DNA of 63,454 nt, filler included, from Pelomyxa schiedti (lineage: Eukaryota > Protista > Evosea): assembly GCA_020536535.1 (NCBI GenBank). It is 9 parts of 9 records of this genome, joined end to end, with 100 filler letters (N's around TTAATTAATTAA, not from the genome) between each part and the next. Parts side by side here need not be neighbours in the genome. Positions count along the whole stretch, not along the records: positions 62,305 to 63,454 come from JAHLWZ010002768.1; 8 more parts are not named here. The stretch is one strand, 5' to 3'. This document shows, one piece after another, positions 62,205-63,454 of the stretch (position 1 is the stretch's first letter; the number at the start of each line of letters is the position of its first letter). A program made the position numbers and the translations under genes. The notes below the pieces were generated by a model that searched no databases, was not told where the DNA came from, and saw only the letters and a list, made by a program, of their open reading frames with translations.

Positions 62205-63454
62205 NNNNNNNNNNNNNNNNNNNNNNNNNNNNNNNNNNNNNNNNNNNNTTAATTAATTAANNNNNNNNNNNNNNNNNNNNNNNNNNNNNNNNNNNNNNNN
62301 NNNNAAGAATTACATGAATCTTCTTGAAATATGTTTGGTCCCTGTGTATTTACCCACAGTATCCAGCTTTATTACAAGGGACTTCCTGGAGACTCTTACG
62401 CATCCCCTCTGGGTACTGTCTAAGTACGTACACTCAATATGTTTCCTTTACACACGCCGTATAACGGAATCAATGAACATTTCCCGATATTGATAGAACT
62501 TGGTGAACTTATGAGACTCTCCATATCGAAATGGGACGATTTGTGATCCTATGACTCAATCAGCTTTTTGAGTCAAGGAAGCAGGTAGAAGCTGGTGCTG
62601 TCACGTGTCAGTTGTTCATCCCGGCAGTGTGACATCACAGGGGCTTCCCAAACAGTTGGGAATCCTCAGAGTGCCTGTTGGGTGAGAGACACAGGATGAG
62701 GGAGGACCCTTCTCCCATTGGCGTTTCCTGTGCCTAACAGTGGCACAGTCATTACGTCCACTATCAGAAGAGGTATTCAGGGAACCCATAATTATTGTTT
62801 GACCCCATTGGCCAACATCCCCGCAGAGGACCATCACCAATCCTACGGAGAACCCCTGAGTGTACCTGTTTGTACTTTTTCATTTTTTTTTTCCCTTTTG
62901 TGCTACTGGCCCAGTTGCAAAAATTTCGAAATTTTTCTTCATCAAAACATTTAAGGCGCAAATAAGAGCAAAAAAACATTTTAGCAAAACAAATCCACTC
63001 GAGCAACATCACCAGCAACAACACCAACACACGGAGGCGGTGCAAGCCCAGGTTAATTCCCTCCTATCAATTGTTTTATGTGGGTGTGTTGCGTTTTCGG
63101 GTTTCGTTTTTTTCTGCTCGAGTTGGTGGGGTGGTTTGGTTTTCCTTACCTTAAATACTTACAGTAAGTTTACGAAATACTTGTACGTATTTTCGTTACA
63201 CAGTCTTGCATACTTGATTGCTGCTAGTACAGTATCTCTTTTCTTGTTGTTCTATCATTGTTTAGATTATTGTGGAGAGTTCTATCACACTGTGTGAGCA
63301 TGCCGAGAAATTGTAAAAAACTTAAAGTTCCAGTTCATCTCTTGGGTTTGCGGTATTGGTCTTACCTCTTTATAACCTAATTTACTACATTCGATTATTG
63401 GGAGAATAGTAGAATAGTTTCATTGCACACCACTGTGAGATACTACTTGAAGGC

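Noticed and set aside
25260-62304. Recurrent TTAATTAATTAA palindrome inside N runs, as a biological repeat or CRISPR-like array
   Set aside because: It is an artificial six-frame-stop linker; genes on opposite sides are not genomic neighbours, so no cross-linker clusters were inferred
62305-63454. ORFs in the last contig
   Set aside because: Short, with no recognisable domain and no consistent exon chain

Overview
This is eukaryotic genomic DNA, not one locus. Nine scaffolds are joined by artificial 100-nt linkers (N44-TTAATTAATTAA-N44), and there are three 100-N scaffolding gaps, each flanked by an exact 121-bp duplicate. Genes are dense and split by many short (~35-60 nt) GT-AG introns, with occasional GC-AG introns and micro-exons, so the ORF track shows only fragments; the exon chains here were assembled by hand. 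The gene set points to an amoebozoan, probably an archamoeba (Pelomyxa-like; inference, not verified). It includes a Dictyostelium-type STAT, a Shk-type TKL-SH2 kinase, a Roco protein, an IPT/TIG receptor kinase with an Entamoeba-TMK-like cytoplasmic part, GATA, p24, PS synthase, LSM12, NBR1-like, MORN and Crinkler-like genes, and Ty3/Gypsy remnants. The top finding is invisible in the ORF track: a spliced minus-strand gene (16102-18771) encoding a Rab-like GTPase whose motifs run G2-G3-G4-G5-G1. The beta1/P-loop/alpha1 unit has moved behind alpha5, a circular permutation different from the known cpRAS order. The domain lies between a UBA-like domain and a VWA5A/PARP4-like C-terminal helical domain. 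Other leads are a multi-intron transcript with no long ORF built from duplicated exon-intron units, a Roco with a degenerate extra GTPase-like domain and a pseudokinase, a nearly intronless membrane-anchored DUF885 (possible horizontal transfer), and a STAT-LSM12-Shk cluster.
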